Below, in pieces: positions 49,742 to 58,987 of a stretch of 64,000 bases of DNA. This stretch comes from Escherichia phage vB_EcoM_JNE01. The notes under the pieces are model-generated. The model was not told where the DNA came from. It saw nothing but the letters and a program-made list of their open reading frames with translations, and ran no database searches. Both the position numbers and the translations under genes were made by a program. Location: sequence record OR670491. One strand, 5' to 3'. Numbering within the stretch: position 1 is the first letter of the stretch; each line of letters begins with the position of its first letter.

Positions 49742-50869
49742 TTAGATGTTATCGCTAATTGGTTGTATTGGTGATTGCCATGCCAAAGTACAGATAATTT
49801 TAATTTGACCATAAGCACTGTTGTTTACAGAGTCGTTGAAAATACAAGAGATAATTTCATCTTTATCAGAAACAGTGTGGTTAACTTCGTTAACAATAAA
49901 ACGCATTTTACGGTTAATGTCAAAATAATCAACTGGAGCAATTACAGTACCCCCAATATCTTCTTGTGCTTCACCACCGAAACGAACAAACATTTCGTTA
50001 ACTGGTAAATCATAAGCTTGTTGTACATCAACATCGATATTAGTAACTAGGTATCCAGCAGGACATGTACCAATAACTAGAACGGCGTTAGTCCATGAAT
50101 GATCAATAGTGTTTACAATAACCAAGGAATCTTTACCTGGAGCACCTGTAGCACCTGGTAGACCTTGTTCACCTTGAATACCCTGTTTACCACGGAATTC
50201 AATACCAGTACTCCACTCTTTGGAAGGCGGGGTTGTGGTGTTTACAATATCAACATAGTATAGTTTACCATCTGTGGTATTATAGAAGCAGTAGTCTTCA
50301 GGAAGGTCAGTAATACTAGGGAATACATCACCAGTACTATCAATATGGAATCGTCCACGTAGACCTTGTGGGCCACGGAATTGTACACCATCACTCCAAG
50401 TTGCAGTTACTGATTGATAGAAATAAACTTTACCATCAGTTGTATTATAGAATGTATAGTTGTTTACGAGGTTAGTAGTTGGGAATGTATCACCAGAGCT
50501 ATCAATATGGAATGATTTACCAGCTTCACCAGTATCACCTTTACCAAATTCTACAACGTTCCAAGTACTATTACTGTCAGTTGCGGCGTTGGTTTTGAAA
50601 TATAGCTTACTAGTTCCGTTTGCAAGACTAAGATAGCACCAGCCAAGTTCTTCACCTACTCGGAATGATTCATCTGGGATTTCAAAACCTATCTCGTTTG
50701 GATAAAAGTTTTTACCATTTGTACCATCTCTACCAACAACAAGACCTAGATCTTGAATTGTGTTGTCAGCGTAAGTTACGATCAAATGTCCAGCAGAGTT
50801 GATAACTAAACTCTTTATGCCGGAATTATTGCATGAACTACTAGTCCCATTATTAAATGAAATTGTCAT
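49742..50869 (-). CDS. tail fibre protein with short collagen-like G-x-y runs
   Basis: Start set to internal ATG with AAAGGAAA SD; motifs GPQGLRG and GKQGIQGEQGLPGATGAPG. Confidence 0.5.
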   Translation of the reverse strand: MTISFNNGTSSSCNNSGIKSLVINSAGHLIVTYADNTIQDLGLVVGRDGTNGKNFYPNEIGFEIPDESFRVGEELGWCYLSLANGTSKLYFKTNAATDSNSTWNVVEFGKGDTGEAGKSFHIDSSGDTFPTTNLVNNYTFYNTTDGKVYFYQSVTATWSDGVQFRGPQGLRGRFHIDSTGDVFPSITDLPEDYCFYNTTDGKLYYVDIVNTTTPPSKEWSTGIEFRGKQGIQGEQGLPGATGAPGKDSLVIVNTIDHSWTNAVLVIGTCPAGYLVTNIDVDVQQAYDLPVNEMFVRFGGEAQEDIGGTVIAPVDYFDINRKMRFIVNEVNHTVSDKDEIISCIFNDSVNNSAYGQIKIICTLAWQSPIQPISDNI

Positions 50870-50981
50870 TATTATTTCCTTTTTATAAGTGAATCGTAAT
50901 ATACCAATATTTATCAGTACAAAATACATTTCGACATCATTAATAAATAAATGAAAGTTCACTACTAAAAAGGGCTTAACA

Positions 50982-51479
50982 ATGGCATTAAGATCAAAAG
51001 ATTTCCTATTCAAGCGTAAAGCTAAAGACGGTTCATGGCAAGAGTTCCCTGAATCTGACAGTTGGTATCCATCAAACCTAGATTATCTCTGGAATGAGCA
51101 AACACTACCTCTTGCAAGTGGTGGTTACTATGGAAGTACAACTGGGTTACATACAATTTCCTTTACCCTGCGTAACTTCATCGGTAGAATTTATGTACTA
51201 GCAACTCTAGCAAGTAACCCGTCAGATGATGATTGGTTCCCTATTAAATTTACCGAAAGCTGCAATTATTATCTTGAATTCACTGATACTGTTATTCTAA
51301 ACCCAAATGGCGGTGATCTTATCAGAGAACAAGGTACAACTGGTACATTTGCTGAAACATTAACTGGTAACTTTACCTATCTCAAAATTGGTATCGACCG
51401 TGACTACATTAGTAAGTACCCTTCTGATGTTCAGAAGAGTTTAGCTGGTAAATTAGAACAAATTTTAATAAACTATTAA
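50982..51479 (+). CDS. hypothetical protein (structural region)
   Basis: 165-aa ORF. Confidence 0.5.
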   Translation: MALRSKDFLFKRKAKDGSWQEFPESDSWYPSNLDYLWNEQTLPLASGGYYGSTTGLHTISFTLRNFIGRIYVLATLASNPSDDDWFPIKFTESCNYYLEFTDTVILNPNGGDLIREQGTTGTFAETLTGNFTYLKIGIDRDYISKYPSDVQKSLAGKLEQILINY

Positions 51480-51492
51480 TTAAGGATTAGAA

Positions 51493-52101
51493 ATGAAGTT
51501 TGAAACAGAACAACCAAAACTATTTGTTAAGGGTCATGTACTAATTACTGATGTTACTGATCCAGAACATGAAAAAATTGTTTTAGACAAGTCCAACGCA
51601 ATTCACCCTGAAAATATGAGTACTGCTATTGCGAATGCTCTAGCTTATAACCAAGATAGTACGGGTATTCCTATCGGTTCTATTAGTGAAATGCGTTTTG
51701 GTAATGGTGGTACAGTAGTATTGAGTACTGGTCGCGTTACTTACAAAAAACCACGTGTAACATCGTTTGGTGGCTTGTATTCTGAAACATATTTGAAGAA
51801 AATCAACCCGCGTATCACTGCTGGTATTGATGCACAATACAATAACATTACAACTGTTCACATCCCAGGCCAATCTTATACTGATATCGTTTGTATCTGT
51901 ACTCTAGGTCTAGGTGAACCATCTGACCAAGCAGTTAGTTCCGGTACAAGCATGGATGGAACCTATGTATTTGATGAATTGGGGTTATATACAGATGGTG
52001 ATAGTGGTATTCCACTTACTCACATCATTTTCCACCCAGTTGAGAAAAGTGCTAACCGTGTATTGCAAATTAAATACACTGTACGTGTACAACTTCAATA
52101 A
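51493..52101 (+). CDS. hypothetical protein
   Basis: 202-aa ORF. Confidence 0.5.
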   Translation: MKFETEQPKLFVKGHVLITDVTDPEHEKIVLDKSNAIHPENMSTAIANALAYNQDSTGIPIGSISEMRFGNGGTVVLSTGRVTYKKPRVTSFGGLYSETYLKKINPRITAGIDAQYNNITTVHIPGQSYTDIVCICTLGLGEPSDQAVSSGTSMDGTYVFDELGLYTDGDSGIPLTHIIFHPVEKSANRVLQIKYTVRVQLQ

Positions 52102-52114
52102 TAAGAGGTAGAAT

Positions 52115-53215
52115 ATGAATATTAACTATACAATTTATCGTAGTGATGGTACAGTTTATGCTACCATCCCTAATAACGTAATTCTTGGACCGAATCAACC
52201 TGGTTCGAACCCAGTACCTCTAAACTTGGTCGGTCGTAACAAAGTTGGTTACGGTCAAGCATGGAATGAAAACTTTTTACATTTAGTTGAGCATTTTAGT
52301 GGTAGTGTTGCTCCACGTGGTAACGTTAAAGGTCAAATCTGGTACAGAAACACTGGTGCTACTGGTGAGTTGCTAATTTCTCTTCTTGACAACGCCAGAC
52401 AACCAGAAGATACTGTTACGGAAGCAGAATGGGCTTCTATCCCAATGATTAGTGTTTTTAACACTATTCCTGATGGTGAAAACAGTGTTATGGGACGTAT
52501 GGTTTTAACCAGCAATGGTGATTCCCTCCGTGTCCTAATGAAAAACAAAGAATGGCGTGAAATCCAGACATCCAGACCAGAAAACAAAGAGTACTCAACT
52601 CTTTTAGATATCAACTATGATACTGGTAAGAAATATATCGAATTTACTCAAAGTGCCAGTACTAAACCACTAGCTTACTTTAATATGGGTGGTACTTCTC
52701 AAGTTGACGAGGATAACTGGACTACTTTCACTAATGGTACTGGTGTATTTGAATTTGGTAGCAACTATTTCTACGAATTAAAAATTATGATTCGTGAAGT
52801 AAGTGATGCAACTGGTTCAGTGGTGTCTTTACCATATAATTCCAAAACATTTATGATTAAAGGTCAATTCTATGTTGATAACCAAGGTACATTTGTTCCT
52901 GGTTCAGTTGGTGCAAGCTCTATCCCTGATCCACGTCGAATTACTCAACTAGAATCAATTAAAGACGTTATTACAAGCAGCCGCCCTAACTGGGATGTTA
53001 ATATTGTAATCAACGGTGTAGATTCAACGATTCCTAATCCAAATGGCGTTACTAAAGCTGATTATGAGAACTGGGTAATCAATTCATTGAACTCTAACAA
53101 AAACTTAGGCTTCAGGATTGATGGTTCAATCAGTAATCTGGTTGCTGGGGAATCTGTTAAGCTTCAGGCTTCAGTACTATTGAATATTACTGGTATCCCA
53201 CTAATTGGTGTATAA
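52115..53215 (+). CDS. hypothetical structural protein
   Basis: 366-aa ORF. Confidence 0.45.
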   Translation: MNINYTIYRSDGTVYATIPNNVILGPNQPGSNPVPLNLVGRNKVGYGQAWNENFLHLVEHFSGSVAPRGNVKGQIWYRNTGATGELLISLLDNARQPEDTVTEAEWASIPMISVFNTIPDGENSVMGRMVLTSNGDSLRVLMKNKEWREIQTSRPENKEYSTLLDINYDTGKKYIEFTQSASTKPLAYFNMGGTSQVDEDNWTTFTNGTGVFEFGSNYFYELKIMIREVSDATGSVVSLPYNSKTFMIKGQFYVDNQGTFVPGSVGASSIPDPRRITQLESIKDVITSSRPNWDVNIVINGVDSTIPNPNGVTKADYENWVINSLNSNKNLGFRIDGSISNLVAGESVKLQASVLLNITGIPLIGV

Positions 53216-53248
53216 AAGAAAAGGAGAGCATTAAGCTCTCCTTTTTTA
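53216..53248. terminator. bidirectional terminator (GGAGAGC/GCTCTCC), same family as 32226 and 58954
   Basis: AAAAGGAGAGCATTAAGCTCTCCTTTTTTATTA between convergent genes. Confidence 0.7.
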
Positions 53249-53713
53249 TTAATAACGATAAGGTAAACTGTTGACAAACTGCTTACCTTGATTTATACTT
53301 TCCCACAATGAAAGGAAATCTTTCATCAAATTAGTGTTAAGTAAAGTGTTTTTAGCTCCTGGGTGAAGCGGCTTAGGCCACGAACCAATTTTTACCCATG
53401 CATATCCTGAACTCTCATGGTTTAGTATTGGAACAAATTCATTTTCAACAACAACAACAAAAGAATAATATCTGAACTTACCATTCTTAGTACAAAATAC
53501 GTCGAATGGAATAATATCAATAATATCAGGTATAGAATCACCCAACTCTTCTTTCATTTCACGATGTAAACCTTGAATCGGAGTTTCCTTATGTTCAAGC
53601 TTCCCACCAACAAACGCCCAGTTATTTGAATATGTACTTCTTTCAGATCGTAGATTCAACATCATATGACCAGTGCTTTTCGATAAAAATATAGCACCTA
53701 CTGCTTCATTCAT
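53249..53713 (-). CDS. Nudix hydrolase
   Basis: Nudix box GGKLEHKETPIQGLHREMKEELG; AAGGAGGTG SD. Confidence 0.7.
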   Translation of the reverse strand: MNEAVGAIFLSKSTGHMMLNLRSERSTYSNNWAFVGGKLEHKETPIQGLHREMKEELGDSIPDIIDIIPFDVFCTKNGKFRYYSFVVVVENEFVPILNHESSGYAWVKIGSWPKPLHPGAKNTLLNTNLMKDFLSLWESINQGKQFVNSLPYRY

Positions 53714-53725
53714 AACAACACCTCC

Positions 53726-55069
53726 TTATTTGTCAGTGAAAGTTATCTTCCAGTATCCTTGACGGTATTGAGACATAATACTATTATGCCATTTGAATTT
53801 GTCATTATAACGATAATAGTGGCTGTCAGTACGGTTGTAAACATAGTTGTGTACTGTTAGCGGATCTATCAATTCAACACCATCATTTGTTATTTTAAAC
53901 AAAGCGTATGCTGGAATTTCTGTATCTTTATAAACGATGCCATGTATAGTGTTATTTACATAATATTGTTCAGGTATAGCGTTATATAATTCAGATGATT
54001 TCGTTACAAATCCAGTCAACGTATAATCAACACGGTAATTAGTGCTGTCAAGTTGGACTACAATCTTATTCGCTTCTGCATCTTCACCATAAGATGTGAT
54101 GACACCCTTAAGCGGATTATCTTCTTCAATTGCTTGTTGGAATTTGATACCAATTTTCTTATTTTTGTATTCAGGTTCCAAATACTCCATGTATTTTTCC
54201 CAAGAATAGATATTTCCACTTGGTGTGATTGGGTTCATAGACTGACTTACTAAAGTAAGAACATAACTATCAGGGATAGAAAGTCTAGAGTCAGTAATTT
54301 CATCAACTTTAATACATAGATTCTTTGGAGTAAACACATCAGTGATTATATCAGTGAAGTTTCCAAATTCCATATCAAATTCATCAATACCACTTTGAAT
54401 ATTCGTTGTGATTTGTTGAATAAGTTTTGGTTTCTCTACAATAGCTGGTAGAGAGAACCAGATTGTTGTTTCAAAAGTTAGAACCATGATATCTAAATCG
54501 GTATCAGTACCCTGTGGGAATCCACGAGTACTGAATTGACAATCGATTAACTCAACATCACTAAGAGAAGTCCAATCCAATGGGTTCTCGGTAAGCTGTA
54601 ACTGAATACTCGGTGCAAACAAAGTTGAGATCTGTTCGAACAATTCCATTTTTGTTTGTGTTTGAGTAACCCAAATATTCAAATCAAACGTAAATGTCCA
54701 AGGCACAGGGTTGTGCCTAGTTACTTTATGTTGCTTATCTAACTTCTTAGTATATTCGTTCTGTGCTGGTGACTCATTAGTACCGAAGATAATAGTTTCA
54801 TTTGCGTTAGAACGAATACTTTTCCTATCCATCTTAAGTTGGTTTACACTAATAGTCATGATTGGTGCTGATGGTAATACGTTTTCACTGTTACCATTGA
54901 TAATAGCAGCAGCCAAACGTGAAATGTCAGCATATCTACATGGAACTTTCTTATATTTCGCCTTCCCTTCACTATCGATTCCGTTCTGAACTTGAAATTC
55001 ACCAAAAACACGAATCAAATGTTTCAGTACTCGACGAAATTGTCCATCATAATAATAATCTACTTTCAT
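53726..55069 (-). CDS. T4 gp15-like tail completion / sheath stabiliser protein (extended)
   Basis: N-terminal region collinear with T4 gp15 as recalled: FRR ... KYKKVP ... NPVPWTFTFDLNIWVTQTQTKMELFEQISTLFAPS. Confidence 0.5.
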   Translation of the reverse strand: MKVDYYYDGQFRRVLKHLIRVFGEFQVQNGIDSEGKAKYKKVPCRYADISRLAAAIINGNSENVLPSAPIMTISVNQLKMDRKSIRSNANETIIFGTNESPAQNEYTKKLDKQHKVTRHNPVPWTFTFDLNIWVTQTQTKMELFEQISTLFAPSIQLQLTENPLDWTSLSDVELIDCQFSTRGFPQGTDTDLDIMVLTFETTIWFSLPAIVEKPKLIQQITTNIQSGIDEFDMEFGNFTDIITDVFTPKNLCIKVDEITDSRLSIPDSYVLTLVSQSMNPITPSGNIYSWEKYMEYLEPEYKNKKIGIKFQQAIEEDNPLKGVITSYGEDAEANKIVVQLDSTNYRVDYTLTGFVTKSSELYNAIPEQYYVNNTIHGIVYKDTEIPAYALFKITNDGVELIDPLTVHNYVYNRTDSHYYRYNDKFKWHNSIMSQYRQGYWKITFTDK

Positions 55070-56556
55070 TCGCTATCCTTATGTACTCTATATACAATGT
55101 TTGGTTTAACTGCGTCATGCAACGGAACTCTGTTTGGATTATTCACAAACGAAGTTAGTGCTAGGTCTGCACCTTCCCACGGTTTTCTTCCACCATAATC
55201 GAAAATTACCCAAGAATTCTTATCAGCACTGTATTCCCATAGTGTTACTGGTGTGTAATCAGTTCTATAGAAGAATTCCCCATCAGAAACATCAGTTGGG
55301 AACTCAGTTCCTTCACCAACAGTTCCACGAGCCGGAGGAATACGAGGACGATAGTCTTGTTGTGAGTCAATGTTGCCATAAACACTATTAGAAGTGAAAG
55401 CATCATTCACGTAAGTTACTTCTGGTAGCTGCCACTCACCATCTCTGTACTGATAAATGGTAGGAACAACATATTTTATGTAAAAATCATCAACCCCTTG
55501 CGGTGGTGTATCTTCTGTTGTATACTGCACATCACAGTTGAGCCACTTTTTAGAAGATTTGTCGTATTGATAGAGAGAATATCCGGTTATATCAGATTCA
55601 TTCTCTTTAAAGAAGAAATCTCCGTCACTTGGCTTACGTGGGAACAGTGTTCCGTTAATAACTGAAACATCTTCCCATGTGCCATTGACAAGTTCTTTCA
55701 GTACTGGTAAACTCTTCTTCAAGAAATACATTTTATCGGCTGGTTCTCCTGGGAATTCATATCCATTGAGAACAAATTTGGATAAATCCATAGTATCGGG
55801 TCTGTCATCAAATAGATGTTCGTTGGTAAAGTGAATATAAGGTACTTCGTCATCAGCTTGCATAATGATACGGTTCATAATATCCATTTCATTACCGTAG
55901 TTGCTGTTTTCGGAGCCGCCATCTGTGTTACCATTACCATTGTTTGGATCATCTGGGTTATCAGGGTAGTTATTGTTGTCAAGTAGCTCTGAATATTCAG
56001 GTGAATCGGTAAGTGGTTTAACACGGAGTTTAAAAATGTGATGTTGCCATGTAACTGAGTAACCTTCAGATGTTCTAAACGCATCTTGTACTACATAGAA
56101 GCGGTTAAGACCTGAATCTTTACCAATTACATCAAAATCACGAAGGTTAGGAAGTTCAATAACATCGCCTGGCATTATTTTTCTTCCCAAGCGTTGCATC
56201 ATAGTGTTATAATGAACTGTAATATCCATTGTGTTAAAGTTAAAGAACAACCCAGGGATTTTTAAATCAGGAGTTGCTTCTTGGACTTGATAAACACAGC
56301 TAAATGTGATAGCCTCTAAGTTGTAGTTACGATTAGGAGTATCACCAAAAATTAAATCACCAATGCTTGACACGGTGCTATCATTTGTGAGATAATCTCC
56401 ACCGTAAGATAAATCAGTGTTGTCGGCAACTTGTTTTGCCCCAACATACGCGTAGAGCCACATGTCTACGCCGCCGATGTTGTACTGTTCGGCTATGGCA
56501 GAATCAATAAACTGATAGTCTTTGGTTCTACCTTTCTTCCACATTTTATATGCCAT
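55066..56556 (-). CDS. hypothetical virion protein
   Basis: Start set to internal ATG with GGAG SD; ATGA overlap with the downstream gene. Confidence 0.45.
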   Translation of the reverse strand: MAYKMWKKGRTKDYQFIDSAIAEQYNIGGVDMWLYAYVGAKQVADNTDLSYGGDYLTNDSTVSSIGDLIFGDTPNRNYNLEAITFSCVYQVQEATPDLKIPGLFFNFNTMDITVHYNTMMQRLGRKIMPGDVIELPNLRDFDVIGKDSGLNRFYVVQDAFRTSEGYSVTWQHHIFKLRVKPLTDSPEYSELLDNNNYPDNPDDPNNGNGNTDGGSENSNYGNEMDIMNRIIMQADDEVPYIHFTNEHLFDDRPDTMDLSKFVLNGYEFPGEPADKMYFLKKSLPVLKELVNGTWEDVSVINGTLFPRKPSDGDFFFKENESDITGYSLYQYDKSSKKWLNCDVQYTTEDTPPQGVDDFYIKYVVPTIYQYRDGEWQLPEVTYVNDAFTSNSVYGNIDSQQDYRPRIPPARGTVGEGTEFPTDVSDGEFFYRTDYTPVTLWEYSADKNSWVIFDYGGRKPWEGADLALTSFVNNPNRVPLHDAVKPNIVYRVHKDSE

Positions 56557-56599
56557 TGTTCGTCTCCAAAATAAATCGGGTATATCTCTATTTACCTTG

Positions 56600-56627
56600 T
56601 TGACAACAGCAAATAATGTGATATAAT
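56600..56627 (+). promoter_or_regulatory. sigma70 promoter (TTGACA, 16-nt spacer, TGaTATAAT) with ATGTGAT/ATCACAT inverted repeat
   Basis: Same GTGATATAATG core as P1/P2; drives the ClpA-like gene. Confidence 0.5.
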
Positions 56628-56667
56628 GTTTATTAATTAGAGTGAGTTTAATCACATAGGAGAACAC

Positions 56668-58953
56668 ATGAACCTGACACAACTATTCAAGAAAAGCGAC
56701 GAACTGGCAACCTCTATGGGTCATACTTTTTTGACAATTGACCATGTGAGTGCTACAGTACTGACAGTTGATAGCATTGTTGACGTATTCAAGTCGATGG
56801 ACATTGACGCTGCAAAGCTTCATGCACGTTTGATTGATTATTTGAAAAACAACCCAGTTCCACCAGCACCAAAAAGTACTTTAGATGATGACTCGAACCG
56901 TACTTCACTTCTAGTGAATCGCGTGATGCAGGAACTGTCTAAAAAAGCAGTGATTGAACAGCTAAATCGTGATGATTTCTCCATTGATGCATATTTTGTT
57001 CTGTTTGAATGTTTGTCCTTCCCAAATACTGCATTCGAAGCAGTACTGAAAGAAGAAGGGGTTTCTTGTACTGAAGTAGCACGTACACTACAGAAACATG
57101 TAGAAGATATTGATACTGGCATCAACCTAAAAAGTATTAGCGACGAACCAACAGGGGACAAAAAAGTGGCTCAACAGCAACCAGCATCTAAGCAGAAAAG
57201 TTTGGAAGATTACACTACCAACCTTACCGCACTAGCGAAGGAAGGTAAACTCGACCCAATGATTGGTCGTCAAAAAGAGCTTGCTTCTCTCGTTGAGACT
57301 CTTGCTCGTAAAACTAAGAAGAACGCAATCCTAACTGGTGAAGCTGGCGTAGGTAAAACTCAAATCGTTGATGGTTTGGCACAAGCAATCGCAAATGGTG
57401 ATGTTCCAGAGCATCTAAAAGATGTGGAACTACTGTCTCTGAACGTTGGTGCACTAACTGCTGGTACAAAATACCGTGGTGAGTTTGAAGAACGCATTGA
57501 CAATCTTCTAAAAGAACTGAAGAAACGCGAAAACACCATCGTCTTCATCGATGAAATCCATATCATGGTTGGTGCTGGTTCTGCGAGCAACGGTTCAATG
57601 GATATGAGCAACATGCTCAAACCTGCTCTATCTCGTGGTGAGATTCGTGTCATCGGTGCAACCACTTATGACGAATATCGTAAAAACATCGAGAAAGACA
57701 GTGCTCTATCACGTCGTTTTATGAAAATTGATGTTGTTGAACCAACAGTTGAAGAAACTCGTGAAATTATCAACGGTCTACAAAAGACTTATGAGAAATT
57801 CCACAATGTAACCTTCACTAAAGGTGCGATGGATGCAGTTATTACACTAAGTGATAAGTTCCTGAAGAACAAACACTTCCCTGACAAAGCAATCGACCTA
57901 ATGGATGCGTCAGCAGCGAAGAAACGTTCTCGTGACAATGGTAATGAAATTACTGTTGGTGATATCCAAGAAGTTGTTGCTGGAATCGCTAACCTAGACC
58001 TGAACGTAGTTGCTTGTACTGAAAGTGAGCGTATGCGTAGTCTTCCTGATGCACTTCGTTCTCGTGTATATGGTCAAGAAGAAGCAGTAACTAAATTGGT
58101 TGATAACGTGATGGTTGCTCGTGCAGGTCTACGTGAATCTTCCAGTGTTCAGGGTGCATTCATGTTTGTTGGACCATCTGGTACTGGTAAAACTGAAATC
58201 ACCAAAGCGTTGGCTGATGCAACTGGTTCTAAACTGATTCGTTTCGATATGTCTGAGTTCTCTCAAGAACACACTGTGTCTAAACTGATTGGTTCACCTC
58301 CAGGTTATGTTGGTCACGATTCTGGTAATGGCCTACTACTAGACCAGATTGAGCAATACCCGAATGCAGTGCTGCTACTTGATGAAATCGAGAAAGCAGA
58401 TCGTAAAGTACTGTTGACTTTCCTTCAAGTTCTTGATGAAGGTCGTCTAACTGGTTCTCAAGGTAAGACTGTTTACTTCAACAACGTAACTGTTGTTATG
58501 ACAACTAACCTTGGTGCAGCAGACTCTACAAAACGTAGTATCGGTATGAGTGGTAGTGATACAGCACAGGATAAAGCGATTAAAGCTTTCCTACCGCCTG
58601 AATTCATCAACCGTATCGACAGTATCGTTACATTCAATGATTTGTCTTCTGATGCAATTCAGAGTATCATTGATAAATTCATGGGTAGTTTGAACGAACA
58701 AGTTAAAGACCGTGGTGTTAAGGTTTCTCTAACTAAAGCGGCTCGTGAATGGTTGGCGAAGAATGGCGTTAAGAACGGAATGGGTGCTCGTCCAATGAAA
58801 CGTACCATTGAACAGAATATCCGTGTTCCTCTGGCGAAAGAAATGCTTTGTGGTTCACTGGTTGATGGCGGTTCAGTAACATTTGATGTTATCAACGGTT
58901 CACTAGGCATTAAGCCAAAGCGTGTTAAAGCAGCAGATAAAGTAGAAGCGTAA
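56668..58953 (+). CDS. clpA: ClpA-like AAA+ unfoldase (N-domain, D1, D2, ClpP-docking loop)
   Basis: D1 GEAGVGKT / VFIDEIH / ALSRRF; D2 GPSGTGKT / LLLDEIEKAD / PPEFINRID; IGM tripeptide where ClpA has IGL; 761 aa. Confidence 0.85.
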   Translation: MNLTQLFKKSDELATSMGHTFLTIDHVSATVLTVDSIVDVFKSMDIDAAKLHARLIDYLKNNPVPPAPKSTLDDDSNRTSLLVNRVMQELSKKAVIEQLNRDDFSIDAYFVLFECLSFPNTAFEAVLKEEGVSCTEVARTLQKHVEDIDTGINLKSISDEPTGDKKVAQQQPASKQKSLEDYTTNLTALAKEGKLDPMIGRQKELASLVETLARKTKKNAILTGEAGVGKTQIVDGLAQAIANGDVPEHLKDVELLSLNVGALTAGTKYRGEFEERIDNLLKELKKRENTIVFIDEIHIMVGAGSASNGSMDMSNMLKPALSRGEIRVIGATTYDEYRKNIEKDSALSRRFMKIDVVEPTVEETREIINGLQKTYEKFHNVTFTKGAMDAVITLSDKFLKNKHFPDKAIDLMDASAAKKRSRDNGNEITVGDIQEVVAGIANLDLNVVACTESERMRSLPDALRSRVYGQEEAVTKLVDNVMVARAGLRESSSVQGAFMFVGPSGTGKTEITKALADATGSKLIRFDMSEFSQEHTVSKLIGSPPGYVGHDSGNGLLLDQIEQYPNAVLLLDEIEKADRKVLLTFLQVLDEGRLTGSQGKTVYFNNVTVVMTTNLGAADSTKRSIGMSGSDTAQDKAIKAFLPPEFINRIDSIVTFNDLSSDAIQSIIDKFMGSLNEQVKDRGVKVSLTKAAREWLAKNGVKNGMGARPMKRTIEQNIRVPLAKEMLCGSLVDGGSVTFDVINGSLGIKPKRVKAADKVEA

Positions 58954-58987
58954 AAAAGAAAAGGAGAGCATATGCTCTCCTTTTTTA
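58954..58987. terminator. bidirectional terminator (palindrome GGAGAGCATATGCTCTCC)
   Basis: Perfect palindrome with A-run/T-run flanks. Confidence 0.7.

Noticed and set aside
57360-58910. Antisense ORFs inside the ClpA-like gene (56838..57161, 57360..57665, 58659..58910).
   Set aside because: They lie opposite a strongly conserved AAA+ coding sequence and have no SD.
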